Shown here piece after piece: positions 1-10,351 of a DNA stretch of 64,000 bases. Numbering within the stretch: the first letter of the stretch is position 1; each line of letters starts with the position of its first letter. This stretch comes from Spirochaetia bacterium. Lineage in GTDB: Bacteria; Spirochaetota; Spirochaetia; SZUA-6; Bin103. A model generated the notes under the pieces. The model saw only the letters and a list, made by a program, of their open reading frames with translations. It searched no databases and was not told the DNA's origin. The position numbers were made by a program, and so were the translations under genes. The stretch covers positions 864,001 through 928,000 of the forward strand of contig CBDAOI010000004.1 of NCBI GenBank assembly GCA_965198005.1, read 5' to 3'.

Positions 1-46
1 TACCGCGAGGACGGCACGTTCACCAACTGGTAAGCCCGCCAGCGCG

Positions 47-73
47 TCAGTGGGTGATGGCGCCACGGCTGGC
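47..73 (-). repeat. Second copy of the ilvD 3' end (direct repeat of 1989..2015)
   Basis: tcagtgggtgatggcgccacggctggc vs tcagtgggtgatggcgccgtggctggc at 1989, 25/27 identical; encodes ASRGAITH* vs ASHGAITH*. Confidence 0.9.
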
Positions 74-119
74 ATCCAGGTCAAATCAGCACCAACCGCT
101 CATGAGGCTTGGCTTTTTG

Positions 120-159
120 CAACTGGCGCGACCAACTGGCGCGACCAACTGGCGCGACC
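120..159. repeat. Tandem repeat, 3 x 13 bp (caactggcgcgac)
   Basis: Three perfect units read directly. Confidence 0.95.
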
Positions 160-178
160 TGAGATGATTACCCCGAGA

Positions 179-616
179 CTAACAGTGCGCACATGCTGAC
201 CTCGTCAGCAGGTCGGCGTTGCTGGCTCGAGAGTACACCTTGCCCCGAGGTTGGTCGATGAAACGCTTGTCTTTGAAATCGTCTGTGAGGTCCTCGTCTC
301 CCGTGTAGAGAAGGCGTACACCCGTTGCTCTTGCAAGCGCGAGCACGTGTGCGTCGTTGGAGCGAATACACGGTTCGAGAGCGTATGCGTCCTCCAGAAA
401 ACTCTCAGGCCGAACCACAGTGGCCTTGCCAGCCCGTGCATACTCCGCAAGCTTGATTCTTGCTTGGCCAACAACTTCCTGTGCGAACTTGCCTCCCGTC
501 GAATAGACGATGCGCCCGCCGCGTCCGTCCAGCCACACACGGATCGGCGCCGCGTCTTCGTGCACCGGATCGGCGAGGAATAGCCCGAGCCGGCTGGCGT
601 CAACAATCATACACAT
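179..616 (-). CDS. PIN-domain-like protein
   Basis: N-terminal IVDAS and later NDAHVLALA...LLYTGDEDL acidic pattern typical of PIN folds; directly downstream of an AAA ATPase. Confidence 0.65.
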   Translation of the reverse strand: MCMIVDASRLGLFLADPVHEDAAPIRVWLDGRGGRIVYSTGGKFAQEVVGQARIKLAEYARAGKATVVRPESFLEDAYALEPCIRSNDAHVLALARATGVRLLYTGDEDLTDDFKDKRFIDQPRGKVYSRASNADLLTRSACAHC

Positions 617-630
617 TAGCGGATACGATC

Positions 631-1941
631 CTACCCGAATCCAAGTAGTCGGTCAGTTTCCTTGATGAAGAAGTCGCGGTATCCCCCCGGCGCATGCTGA
701 AGGTTCCCGTCGCCATCCAAACCTATGTTGTGAATAGACACGGCATTCCTTTGAGGTTCAAAATAGAGGATAGAAACGTCTTCCGCTCGCACCGACTGTT
801 GTCTTACTAGAATGCGTATGCGATCTATGATGTAGTCGCTGTGGGTCTCGATTATGAACTGATTCTGATTGCTATTGAATGAATCAACGAACAACTCCGC
901 GAGGCCGGCTTGAGCGCGTGGATGCAAGTGTACCTCAGGTTGTTGCAGCAGAAACGTACGTTGATGGGTGCTACGGACGTCCACTATTATCGGCAGGCTC
1001 TGACTCACACCATAACCGACGTCCATGATGTTTGAGTAAGATCCGGATCTGACCTTTACCTGCAACTGGAAGGGATCACTCATATTCCGGCCATGACTTC
1101 TCACCTTGATGTCCGAGAACAAGCCGGCTCCTCGTCCGAATTCAACCAAGTCATCGTGCAATGAACTCCAGCGGCCTTTTTCGGTCCTGTCCAACCTCAT
1201 CATCAACATTGGGATGTGTTCGCCATCGGCCGACGCTGTCTCGCGCACTGGGTCATACGTACGCTTCGGTTTCGATCGAAGTGGCGCTACAGGAACAACT
1301 GGTGGGAACTCAGGAAGCCAGTGGAGTCGGCTTGAGCGACGTTTCTTGGGTGGAAACAAGCGCAGCAAGTAGTCGGCTATGGCGCGCACGTTATCGGACT
1401 TGACAAAGTAATCTTCCGCGTCAGGGCGCCACAGCAAGTCCTGCACCCACATCCATTCCTCCAGCGGGAGTTCGATCGCGGCTTCGCTACCCGGGATCTC
1501 CAGGATTGTGCGACCAGACCCGTCCCGTCGCAATCTCAGAAAGGAGTTCTTGCGGAACTCATGATTCACCGATGTCACGACCGGTTGCGAACCCTCTTCG
1601 GAGAAAGTAACAATCAGGGGATAAGGCCGCATGCTCAAACCGTGTGTAGGCGCTACCACGAAACCCAGTTTGAACCTGTCGATTCGACCATCGGGCCCTC
1701 GCCTCGATCGAACCATGTCACGAAAAGAACCCATGGAGAACGGTTGACGGTTGAAATCTATCGGATCACTCGGTATCCGAGGCCTGGACAACAAGCTATG
1801 TAACACACTGTAACAGCCGAGAAATGTGGTTTTTCCGGTGCTGTTTTCTCCGACAAGCAAGGTGATGGGGCGCAGCCGTGCCCTCTGTTCGCCATGGAAA
1901 CACCGTACGTCATGCAGAATGAACTCGTGAGGTTGGCTCAT
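631..1941 (-). CDS. ABC-type AAA ATPase (AAA_15/AAA_21-like, DUF3696-like C-terminus)
   Basis: Walker A GENSTGKT, signature VGYGVSQ, Walker B region LLQQPEVHLHP, H-loop IETHSD. Confidence 0.85.
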   Translation of the reverse strand: MSQPHEFILHDVRCFHGEQRARLRPITLLVGENSTGKTTFLGCYSVLHSLLSRPRIPSDPIDFNRQPFSMGSFRDMVRSRRGPDGRIDRFKLGFVVAPTHGLSMRPYPLIVTFSEEGSQPVVTSVNHEFRKNSFLRLRRDGSGRTILEIPGSEAAIELPLEEWMWVQDLLWRPDAEDYFVKSDNVRAIADYLLRLFPPKKRRSSRLHWLPEFPPVVPVAPLRSKPKRTYDPVRETASADGEHIPMLMMRLDRTEKGRWSSLHDDLVEFGRGAGLFSDIKVRSHGRNMSDPFQLQVKVRSGSYSNIMDVGYGVSQSLPIIVDVRSTHQRTFLLQQPEVHLHPRAQAGLAELFVDSFNSNQNQFIIETHSDYIIDRIRILVRQQSVRAEDVSILYFEPQRNAVSIHNIGLDGDGNLQHAPGGYRDFFIKETDRLLGFG

Positions 1942-1988
1942 CGTATTGAACGACCGACTCGCATCGGCAAGCTCGCTGGCCCGGCGGG

Positions 1989-3665
1989 TCAGTGGGTGAT
2001 GGCGCCGTGGCTGGCGGAGGAGACCAGGCGCGCGTACTTGGCCAGTGCGCCGCGGGTATAGGGGATGGGGCGTTCGGGAACCGCCGCCAGGCGCTGCTCG
2101 ATCTCGGCCGCGGACAGCTCCACGTCGATCGACTTGTGCTCCAGGTCGATGGTGATGACGTCGCCCTCGCGGAGCGCCGCGATCGGGCCGCCGGCCTGGG
2201 CCTCGGGGGCGATGTGGCCGACCACGATGCCGTGGCTGCCGCCGGAGAAGCGGCCGTCGGTGATCAGCGCCACGTCCGCGATCAGGCCGGCGCCGGCGAT
2301 GGCCGAGGTGAGGGCCAGCATCTCGCGCATGCCGGGGCCGCCGCGCGGTCCCTCGTAGCGGATCACCAGCACGTCGCCCTTCTGCACCTGACCCTTGAGG
2401 ATCGCCTGCAGGGCGCCCTCCTCCGCGTCGAATACCCGCGCCGGCCCGCGGTGGCGGCGCACGGTCACGCCCGACGACTTCAGCACCGCTCCTTCGGGGG
2501 CGAGATTGCCCCTAATCACCAGGATGCCGCCGCTTTCCTTGTACGGCTGGTCGACCGGGTAGACCACGTCCTGCCCGTCGAGCCGAACCTCGACGTCGGC
2601 CAGGTTCTCGGCGATGGTGCGGCCTGAGACGGTGATGCAATCGCCGTACAGCAGGCCGGCGTCGAGCAGCATGCGCATCACCATCGGCACCCCGCCCACC
2701 TGGTCCAGGTCCTTCATCACGTAGCGGCCGGCCGGCTTGAGATCGGCCAGGGTCGGCGTGCTCTCGGCGATCGGGTTGAAGTCGTCGATGGTCAGGTCCA
2801 CTTCCGCCTCGTGCGCGATGGCGAGCAGGTGCAGCACCGCGTTGGTGGAGCCGCCGAGCGCCATGACGATGCGGATCGCGTTGAGGAACGCCTCGCGGGT
2901 CATGATGTCGCGCGGCTTGAGCCCGCGGCGCAGGCAGTCGATCACCGCTTCGCCGGCGGCGCGCAGGTCCTGGTCCTTGCGCGGGTCCACGGCCGGAATC
3001 GAAGAGTTGCCCGGCAGCGCCATGCCCAGCGCCTCCACCGCGGACGACATGGTGTTGGCGGTGTACATGCCGCCGCACGCCCCCTGGCAGGGAATGGCGG
3101 CGCGCTCGATGCCGGCCCGTTCCTGTTCGTCGATCCGGCCCGCGCTGAAGGCGCCCACCGCCTCGAACGCGGAGATGATGTCCACGTCGCGCCCGCGGAA
3201 CACACCCGGCAGGATGCTGCCGCCGTAGACGAACACGCTGGGGATATTCATGCGCGCCATCGGCATCACCGTGCCGGGAATGGTCTTGTCGCAGCCGCCG
3301 ATGCCGAGGATGGCGTCGAATTGGTGGCCGAGGGTGACCAGCTCGATGGTGTCGGCGATCGTGTCACGGCTCACCAGGGAGGCCTTCATCCCTTCGTGTC
3401 CCATCGCCTCGCCGTCGGTCACCACGAACGTGTTGTAGCGCAGCGGAAAGCCGCCGGCGCCGCGCACGCCGGTCTTGGCCAGCTCGGCGAGGTCGTCCAG
3501 GTGCATGTTGCACGGCGTCACCTCGGAGCCGGCGCTGGCGATGCCGACCAGCGGCCGCTCGAAGTCGGCGTCCTCCATGCCTACGGCCCGCAGCATGGAA
3601 CGGTTGGGCGTGCGCTCGACGCCGGCGGTCATGTTGCGGCTGCGGCTGTTCAGCGGTGTGCTCAC
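1989..3665 (-). CDS. ilvD: Dihydroxy-acid dehydratase
   Basis: [55 protein letters not shown] start at 3665 after a caggag RBS. Confidence 0.97.
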   Translation of the reverse strand: MSTPLNSRSRNMTAGVERTPNRSMLRAVGMEDADFERPLVGIASAGSEVTPCNMHLDDLAELAKTGVRGAGGFPLRYNTFVVTDGEAMGHEGMKASLVSRDTIADTIELVTLGHQFDAILGIGGCDKTIPGTVMPMARMNIPSVFVYGGSILPGVFRGRDVDIISAFEAVGAFSAGRIDEQERAGIERAAIPCQGACGGMYTANTMSSAVEALGMALPGNSSIPAVDPRKDQDLRAAGEAVIDCLRRGLKPRDIMTREAFLNAIRIVMALGGSTNAVLHLLAIAHEAEVDLTIDDFNPIAESTPTLADLKPAGRYVMKDLDQVGGVPMVMRMLLDAGLLYGDCITVSGRTIAENLADVEVRLDGQDVVYPVDQPYKESGGILVIRGNLAPEGAVLKSSGVTVRRHRGPARVFDAEEGALQAILKGQVQKGDVLVIRYEGPRGGPGMREMLALTSAIAGAGLIADVALITDGRFSGGSHGIVVGHIAPEAQAGGPIAALREGDVITIDLEHKSIDVELSAAEIEQRLAAVPERPIPYTRGALAKYARLVSSASHGAITH

Positions 3666-3846
3666 GGTGTACTCCTGGCAAATGCGTGTGTGCGAGGCGC
3701 CGGCGGCTGCCTCGAACGCGGTCACGCGGCCGCTATGGATACGCGCCGCGATCTGCGCCCGCCACCGTAGTGGTGTCAGGGTTCGCTGTCAACGGAAGTC
3801 CGCGGCGCCCGGCGGTGCCGGCGGCCGCAGGTCGCGACGGAATCGG

Positions 3847-4458
3847 TCAGCGGGCGAAGGCGTGCAAGTAGGGGAGGCGCGCCGCGGTGGCGGCGATCCG
3901 CTCCCGGTTGGCGAGCAGCAGCGTGGTCGAGTCCCAGGTGCCGCGCACCAGGGCGAGGCGCGCCCCGTCCGGCAGGTCCGCGGCGCAGCTCCACTCGCTG
4001 GCGGTCACCTTCCGTGCCTCCAGGTCGACGGCCACCTCGAGAGCGGGATCGTCTGCAACCAGCAGCCGCAGCCGTTCCACGTCGGCTGCCGCGACGCGCA
4101 CCGCCGGAATCCCCAACACCGTGCAGTTGCCGGCGAAAATCTCGGCGAACGACTCGCCGACCAGCGCGCGGATGCCGAACCGCTGCAGCGCCTGCGGCGC
4201 ATGCTCGCGCGAGGAGCCGCAGCCGAAGTTGCGCCCCACCAGCAGGATCGAGCCGCCGGCGTAGCGGGCGTCGTCGAACGGGTGGGTGCGGCCCGCCTTC
4301 CGGTCGGCAGCGCGTTCGTCGATGAACGCGCCTTCCCCCAGTCCGTCGAAGGTCACGTACTTCAGGTAGCGGGCGGGGATGATGCGATCGGTGTCGATGT
4401 CGTTGCCCGGCATCGGTATGGCGCGGCCGGTGGTGGTCGCACGGGCGGCATCGCTCAT
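3847..4458 (-). CDS. leuD: 3-isopropylmalate dehydratase small subunit
   Basis: DIDTDRIIPARYL, NFGCGSSREHAP, SFAEIF. Confidence 0.97.
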   Translation of the reverse strand: MSDAARATTTGRAIPMPGNDIDTDRIIPARYLKYVTFDGLGEGAFIDERAADRKAGRTHPFDDARYAGGSILLVGRNFGCGSSREHAPQALQRFGIRALVGESFAEIFAGNCTVLGIPAVRVAAADVERLRLLVADDPALEVAVDLEARKVTASEWSCAADLPDGARLALVRGTWDSTTLLLANRERIAATAARLPYLHAFAR

Positions 4459-4566
4459 AGCCGGCCGCCGCGCGCCGTCGGACGCCGACTTCGGTCTAGA
4501 GGCCGGTGGATCAACATGGTGAGGAACATGGCCGGTACCCTATCCCGAACGGGGGAGAGTAGACAA
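4455..4566 (-). promoter_or_regulatory. Putative sigma70 promoter and 24-codon uORF (4455..4529) overlapping the leuD start
   Basis: TTGTCT-18-TAGGGT-7-ATG; uORF MFLTMLIHRPLDRSRRPTARGGRL* ends in an ATGA overlap with leuD. Confidence 0.45.
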
Positions 4567-4639
4567 CGCCTCCTGCCGGCGGCGCGCTCGTCGACCGACG
4601 CCGTCTTGCCCCGGCCGTCGAAGGGTCGAAGCCGGGAGC

Positions 4640-5529
4640 GCACGGACAGGCGTCCGGGAGGGCAGCCCGAGCATCCTGGGGCGACGCTACGTCAAGTGGA
4701 GCAAGCGGACGCGGTCACGGTGCACCGTGTGGAGCGCTGTCGGTGTGGCGCAGCGCTGGCCGACGAGCCGGTAGTGGACTGGGAGCAGCCGGTGCAGTAC
4801 GGCTGCCGGCTGCAAGCGATAGCGACGTATCTGAAGAATTACGGCCTGCTGCCGTATCAGAGAACGGCGGAGCCGTTCGAGGATTTGTTCTCGATTCCGA
4901 TCAGTGTGGGGACGTTGGTGAACATCAACGACCTCTGCGGGCAGCGCGGGGCGGGGATCAACGAAACCATCCGTGCTGCTATCAGCGGTCAGCCGGTGGT
5001 CGGCTTCGATGAGACCGGGATGAGTATCAACGGCAAGCTGCAGTGGCTACACGTGGCGAGCACGAAAGCTACTTCAGCTACGACTGCCGCCATGGGCTGT
5101 GCAACGCGCATCATCTGCGCGATTTGATCTTCATACACGAGCAGTACGGGCAGGAGTGGACCCAAGAGCTGATCGAGTTGCTGCTGGAGATCAAGGGAGC
5201 GGTAGCAAGCGCGGTCGAGGAGGGGCGTACGCGGCTGTACGGGCCACTGCGCAAACGGTTTGCCGCCGAGTACCGCAGGATCATGAACGCCGGGCTGCGC
5301 GCCAACCCGCCGCCGCCAGAGCCACCCGGCAGCCGCAAGAAGCGTGGACGCAAGAAGCAGAGCAAACCACGTAACCTGGTGCTACGGCTGGCCAGCCGCT
5401 GGCGCGGGGTGCTGGCGTTCATGTCCGGAAGAACGGCGGCAACGTAATTGAAGCCCTGCGGAGCGTCTTTGCCGGCCACCCGATAACTCCTCCCTGCCTC
5501 ACGTCAGCCACCCCCGGCTGAATAGTTAC
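4640..5529 (+). mobile_element. IS66-family transposase remnant (internally deleted, frameshifted) with right end
   Basis: PGGQPEHPGATL, LLPYQRTAE, VGFDETG...WLHV, HGLCNAHHLRDL, KQSKPRNL; terminus ggctgaatagttac. Confidence 0.85.
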
Positions 5530-5569
5530 ATCGAATCATGGATTATTCTAGAATTGTGCCGCTGTAAGG

Positions 5570-5604
5570 TTGCATATTCTTTCGCTTCGTGGTATACTAT
5601 CGAC
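5570..5604 (+). promoter_or_regulatory. Sigma70-type promoter, probably leaderless, for the HNH gene
   Basis: TTGCAT(5570)-17 bp-TATACT(5593) with TG extension; ATG at 5605. Confidence 0.7.
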
Positions 5605-7941
5605 ATGAATAATGTCGTATCTGATGCCTCTTGCCAGTCTCTCGATGTACCCAACACTTTCCACTTGGTAAGCGACGCTGATCTACTGTTCAGGACCAGA
5701 GAACTGGCCCGCCACGAGACCGAACTCACCATCGTTACGATCCAGCATTTGGACGAAATAGAGCGCCGTGAGCTGTACGAAGAACGTGGCTATCCGAGTC
5801 TGTTCGCGTACGCGGTACGGGAGCTGAACTACAGTAATGGATGCGCTTGGCGGAGAATCATGGTGATGAAGTTGTGTCGTGAAATGCCAGGGATAGCAGA
5901 CAAGCTGCGCAGCGGCGAGTTGAATCTCACGACCGCGAGTCAGTTGCAGAACGCGATTGAAAAACGTGCGCGGAAAGTGGCCCGTAAGGCCGTCCGTGAG
6001 TCGGCGAGCGTGTCGGCGGCGGGCGCTGTAAGGGTGGGCGCCGAGGAGTCGTCGGCTGGAGGGGTGCACCCGGCGCAGACGGAAGTCGCGGGAACCCAGG
6101 AAGTCGCGCCTGCCGCAGCGCTGGCGCCAGGGCCGGCGACGTCGCCGGCTGCGGAAACCGCGGCCGCAGCCGGGAAGGCCGCGGCCGCATCCCCGGCGGC
6201 GTTGGCGTCGGCCGCGGCGTCGCCGCCCCCGGGTGCGGCCCGCGAGTCTGCGCCGCCGCCGCCCGCGACGGAACCACCACCGGCATGGACCCGGGACCAG
6301 AAGGTCGAACTGGTCGATCTGGTCGCCAACAAGTCGGCCCGTGAGACCGAGAAGCTGCTGGCGGAACTGGAGCCGGAGCTGGGCCTGCCGCGAGAGCAGC
6401 AGCGCGCCCTCGGCGGCGGCCGCTACGCGGTGCGGGTGATCCTGGACCAGAGCAGTATAGAGACCATCGCCAAGCTGAAGGGCTGGCTGTCGCACGTGAA
6501 CCCGGGCTTCACCACCGGGCAACTGCTCGCCTACCTGCTGCAGCAGGCGGAGCGGAAGTACGACCCGATGCGGGAGCGGGGCCGGGCCAAGCGGGGGGCG
6601 GCGGTGCCGACGCGGCCCGCCGAAACGTGCGAGCAGGAACGCGGCGGCACCGGCAAACGCCGGGTCGCCGGAGGTGCGGTGGGCGCGGCTACGCCCGAGG
6701 CCGGCTCGTCGACCTGCGCCACCAGTGTGCCTGGCGAGGGGGTGCCCGCGACCGCGGCTGCCCGCAGTTCGGTTGCCGCGGGTCCGGTTGCTGGCAGCCC
6801 CGCACCCGCTCCGGTCGCCGCCGGCCCCGGCGTCGCACTTGCCGGCGGTTCGGCGCAGAACCAACAGGCGGCGCGGGTCCCGGACCCGAGTGGCGATCGG
6901 ATCCCGCGCCACGCCGCCGGCTCGGCCGATGCCGGCTCTCCCGCTCCCGCTTCGGCCGCCGCCGGCCCCAGCGTCGCACGCGCCGGCAGTTCGGCGCAGA
7001 AACGGCAAGCGCCGCGGGCAGCGGATCGGAGTGGCGATCGGACTCCGCGCCACGCCGGCTCGGTCGCTGCCAGCTTGACCACTGCCGCTCCGGCGGTCGC
7101 CGGCCCCCGCGTCGCGCGCGCCGACAGTTCGGCGCAGAACCGGCGAGCGGAGCTGGTAGTAGCGGCCCCGGGGAGCGAGCACGACCAGCGGGCCATACCC
7201 GGTTCTGCGCAGAACCAACAGGCGCCGCGGGTCCCGGACCGGAGTGGCGATCGGACTTCGCGCCACGCCGGCTCGGTTGATGGCGGCTTTCCCACACGCG
7301 GTCCGGTCGCCGCCGGCACCGCGGGCGCACGCGGTGGCAGTTCGGCGCAGAACCAACAAGCGCCGCGGGCAGCGGATCGGAGTGGTGCTCGGACTCCGCG
7401 CCACGCCGGCTCGGTCGCTGCCGGCTCTCCTGCGCCCGGTCCTGCTGCGGCCGACTCCAGCGTCGCACCTGCCGGCGGTTCGGCGCCGAACCGGCAAGCG
7501 CAGACAGTAGCGACCCCGGGAAGCGAGCAGGTTCGGTGCGACACACGTAGTTCGGCGCAGAACCAGCAGGCGCCGCGGGCAGGGAAGGGGCCTTCCCGGA
7601 CGGACGCCGAGTTGCACTCCGGTGTGCGAGCGCGGCTGTCCGGAGATGGCACGGCGTCGCGCCCGCCAGCACCCGAATCCGCCCGCGCGCGCCGGGGGAG
7701 GCGGCACATTCCAGAGGCGGTGCGACGTGCGGTGTGGCGGAGGGACGGTGGGGCTTGCTGCTACCAGGACCCGCTCACCGGCGTGACCTGCGGGTCGACC
7801 CACCTGGTGCAGATCGACCACATCGTGCCGGTGGCGCAGGGCGGCAGTAACGACATGGTCAATTTGCGTTTGCGCTGCACCGTCCATAACCGACGGCGCG
7901 ACCCGCGCTGTGCCAGCTACCGCTCTGCTCCGGCCGCGTAG
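5605..7941 (+). CDS. DUF222-like/HNH endonuclease with a long internal repeat linker
   Basis: N-terminal HLDEIERRELY..GYPSLFAY...LNYS...AWRRI; C-terminal RHIPEAVRRAVWRRDGG.C...C...QIDHIVP...GG....NLRLRC..HN. Confidence 0.85.
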   Translation: MNNVVSDASCQSLDVPNTFHLVSDADLLFRTRELARHETELTIVTIQHLDEIERRELYEERGYPSLFAYAVRELNYSNGCAWRRIMVMKLCREMPGIADKLRSGELNLTTASQLQNAIEKRARKVARKAVRESASVSAAGAVRVGAEESSAGGVHPAQTEVAGTQEVAPAAALAPGPATSPAAETAAAAGKAAAASPAALASAAASPPPGAARESAPPPPATEPPPAWTRDQKVELVDLVANKSARETEKLLAELEPELGLPREQQRALGGGRYAVRVILDQSSIETIAKLKGWLSHVNPGFTTGQLLAYLLQQAERKYDPMRERGRAKRGAAVPTRPAETCEQERGGTGKRRVAGGAVGAATPEAGSSTCATSVPGEGVPATAAARSSVAAGPVAGSPAPAPVAAGPGVALAGGSAQNQQAARVPDPSGDRIPRHAAGSADAGSPAPASAAAGPSVARAGSSAQKRQAPRAADRSGDRTPRHAGSVAASLTTAAPAVAGPRVARADSSAQNRRAELVVAAPGSEHDQRAIPGSAQNQQAPRVPDRSGDRTSRHAGSVDGGFPTRGPVAAGTAGARGGSSAQNQQAPRAADRSGARTPRHAGSVAAGSPAPGPAAADSSVAPAGGSAPNRQAQTVATPGSEQVRCDTRSSAQNQQAPRAGKGPSRTDAELHSGVRARLSGDGTASRPPAPESARARRGRRHIPEAVRRAVWRRDGGACCYQDPLTGVTCGSTHLVQIDHIVPVAQGGSNDMVNLRLRCTVHNRRRDPRCASYRSAPAA
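6849..7580 (+). repeat. In-frame nested coding repeats inside the HNH gene
   Basis: ttcggcgcagaa-type anchors at about 6849, 6990, 7128, 7203, 7341, 7479 and 7551; spacings 141, 138, 75, 138, 138, 72. Confidence 0.9.
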
Positions 7942-8022
7942 CGCGGTCGGGTTCGCGCCAGCAGTTCCTCAGGCGATCAGAGGTCATCGTGATTACCTCA
8001 TCAGCCGGCGCTGCGGTTCAAG

Positions 8023-8441
8023 GTGGCGGCGCGCTCGGTGCTGTTTGCCGGCAGCCGCCGCGGGCAGGTGGAGCAGCCGGTCTGCCGCGCGCTGGTCGAC
8101 CGGTTCCGCCGGCACGGGTTCGGGTTCTTCGTGGGCTGCGCGACGGCGTCGATGCGGCGTTCCGGGCGGCGCTGGCCCACTCAGCGTGCGGCCCCGACGA
8201 GGTGTTCGTCGGCTGCGCGTTCGGCCAGCGCGCACGGCGCTGCCGGGCCGAGGGACTGTTCGCCTCGGCGGTGGTGCCCGAGGGCATCCCGCCCCGGGCG
8301 GCGCTGGCGCGGCGTACCCTGTGGCTGGTCAAGCGCAGCTCGCTGGTGGTGCTGTTCCCCGAGCGGCCCGCCGACCGGCAGTGGGGTCCGGGCTCGCGGC
8401 TTGCCTATCGCTCGGCGCTCTACCACCTCAAGCCGACTTAG
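8023..8441 (+). pseudogene. SLOG/DprA-like Rossmann protein, frameshifted and truncated
   Basis: VLFAGSR, VGCA/GVDAAF split by a frameshift, ALARRTLWLV, WGPGS; ends at the mini-IS border. Confidence 0.5.
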
Positions 8442-8666
8442 TAGATTGGCGGCAGGGCTGGGGGGAATGGACGCGGGCTTCAAGCTCTCGCGTGAGCAGA
8501 TACTTGAGGTCTACGCTCGAGGCTGGGAAGCGGTGGTCGAGTATCCTATATCTCCACGATCCGGAAGAACGGCGGCAACGTAATTGAAGTCCTGCGGAGC
8601 GTCTTTGCCGGCCACCCGATAAACCCCTCCCTGCCTCACGTCAGCCACCCCCGGCTGAATAGTTAC
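8442..8666 (+). mobile_element. Miniature IS66 derivative (transposase N-terminus joined to the right end)
   Basis: MDAGFKLSREQILEVYARGWEAVVEY start; 8560..8666 nearly identical to 5424..5529. Confidence 0.75.
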
Positions 8667-8789
8667 GACGCGGTCGCCCCGGCGGCGTTTCCCGATGTGC
8701 AACTGGACGTGGCTGGCATCATCCCGGCGCGGTCCGCCGGCTGACCTGGGTCAGTAGGTACGCGCGCCGGTTACGAGCTATTGAGAAAA

Positions 8790-9232
8790 GAACAGCCGCA
8801 TCAACCAGGCAACAAGGACATCAACTTGGCTGACGTTCGCGTCAAGAAAGCGAGCACTAATCGCCGCACCGAGCGGCATACCTGGCTCCTTCTGCCAAGC
8901 AAGCCAGGTATGGATGATCGCTTTCGGTTCCGCTACTTCCCTGAAGAGGCGATCGGCGTGGGAACGCTATCGTATCCGCTGCCAACCAGGATGTTGCGTA
9001 TCGAATCCCACCGCGTCTTTATTTCCGTGTAGGCATCCAATACGATTCCCACAACGTCGCCTTCTTCGCTCGCCTTGAGCCGAACTGGCACGGCATCAAG
9101 AAGTCTCTCGACGTTATGGTGCGGCCGCACCTCATCTAGGTGAGGAATTCCCCGATTTCCGCATATGTGCTTCATGACATGCTTGTCGTTGTTGCCTTCC
9201 ACGAGCAGTGTCTTGCGCCCCAATTCAGCGCA
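8790..9232 (-). pseudogene. DUF3226/TOPRIM-like partner of an AAA ATPase, broken
   Basis: LLVEGNNDKHV and GIVLDA motifs; C-terminal part (HTWL...KPG) lies in another frame. Confidence 0.65.
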
Positions 9233-10323
9233 CCTCGATTCTCTCGCGAGTCGCGACCGCCACCTCTTCTTCCGAGAACACTGTTGGGACAATCTCGTCG
9301 CCACGGCGAGCTAGACGTAACAATACACCTGTGTCGGGGCTTTCCATAGCGGCCTTTTGAAATGTCTCGATCGCATCCCAGCTGTGCGTGGTTGCAAAGA
9401 CCTGGGTGTCGAGTGTTTGAGCCAAACGGAATATCATCCGCCAAGCATTGAGCTGAGCGGTATGGTGAAGCCCATTCTCGAACTCATCGACCAACATCAG
9501 CCGACCGCGGGCATTGACGAGTGCAAGAATCATCGCGAACAACCGATTCATCCCGTCGCCGAACAGTCGTAGCGGAACGGGACGCGGTATATCGTCGGTT
9601 CGTACAAACGCAGTACGCTGCGTGCGAGACCCCCCCCCACCAACCATCGTGACCTTGGAGATTTGAGGATCGATGATACGAAGCGCCTCTACGACTTCCT
9701 GTTCGTTGTCGGATAGTGCAATCCCATCCCACAGCGTTCCCAGGTCTGCCGTACTCTCGCCATTGTTCGTACCGATGAAGAAGCAGCCAGTTCCGGACTG
9801 CCGTAAGCCAGACACGCGGAGGGAAAACCCAGCGCGCAGGTTCTCGATCTCATGGATACGAGTCTCGCCGGGAGTTGTAATCACAATGGAAGCCTCCCCC
9901 TCCGGTTCATCCGGGAGATGTTCCTCGAACCGCAAATCTCCTTTCTCGTCGCGCTTCCGTGAGAACCAACTCACATGGACTGACACTTTTTTTGGTGAAT
10001 TGCGCCTTGTGTCGAAATGACGAACGGCTCGGGGGAGGGTCCGTCATCTCCGGAAATCCGTGGAACAGACCGGAGAACTGCAAATGAGGACGGGCGGATC
10101 GGTCTGCCCCTGGTCCGGTGGAATATTCCTCGCGATTGCTGAGTATTCTCTGCAACTCGTTCAGCGCTGCGCCCGTAGCGAGAATACGCACTCCTTCAAG
10201 AAATGACGACTTTCCGGTGTTGTTCTTTCCGACAATCAGATTCACGCGGCCGAGCCCGTGAACGTGCAATCTACGGAAGCTGCGGAATCTCTCGATCGTT
10301 ATGTTGTCGATCTAGATCGCCAT
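9225..10323 (-). pseudogene. AAA_15/AAA_21-like ATPase, nonsense and frameshifted
   Basis: MAI*IDNITIERFRSFR, IVGKNNTGKS, GDGMNR, LVDEFENGLHH, FATTHS spread over two frames. Confidence 0.8.
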
Positions 10324-10351
10324 CGCGGGTTACGTCCTTCCCTCCGCTGGG

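Noticed and set aside
1-33. Tail of a plus-strand gene (YREDGTFTNW*)
   Set aside because: Too short to assign a product
120-159. 13-bp tandem repeat as iterons or a phase-variation tract
   Set aside because: Only three units, no rep gene nearby, and not within a supported coding region or promoter
6849-7580. Repeats as a CRISPR array
   Set aside because: Units are in-frame coding repeats, the intervening sequences are homologous rather than unique spacers, and there are no cas genes
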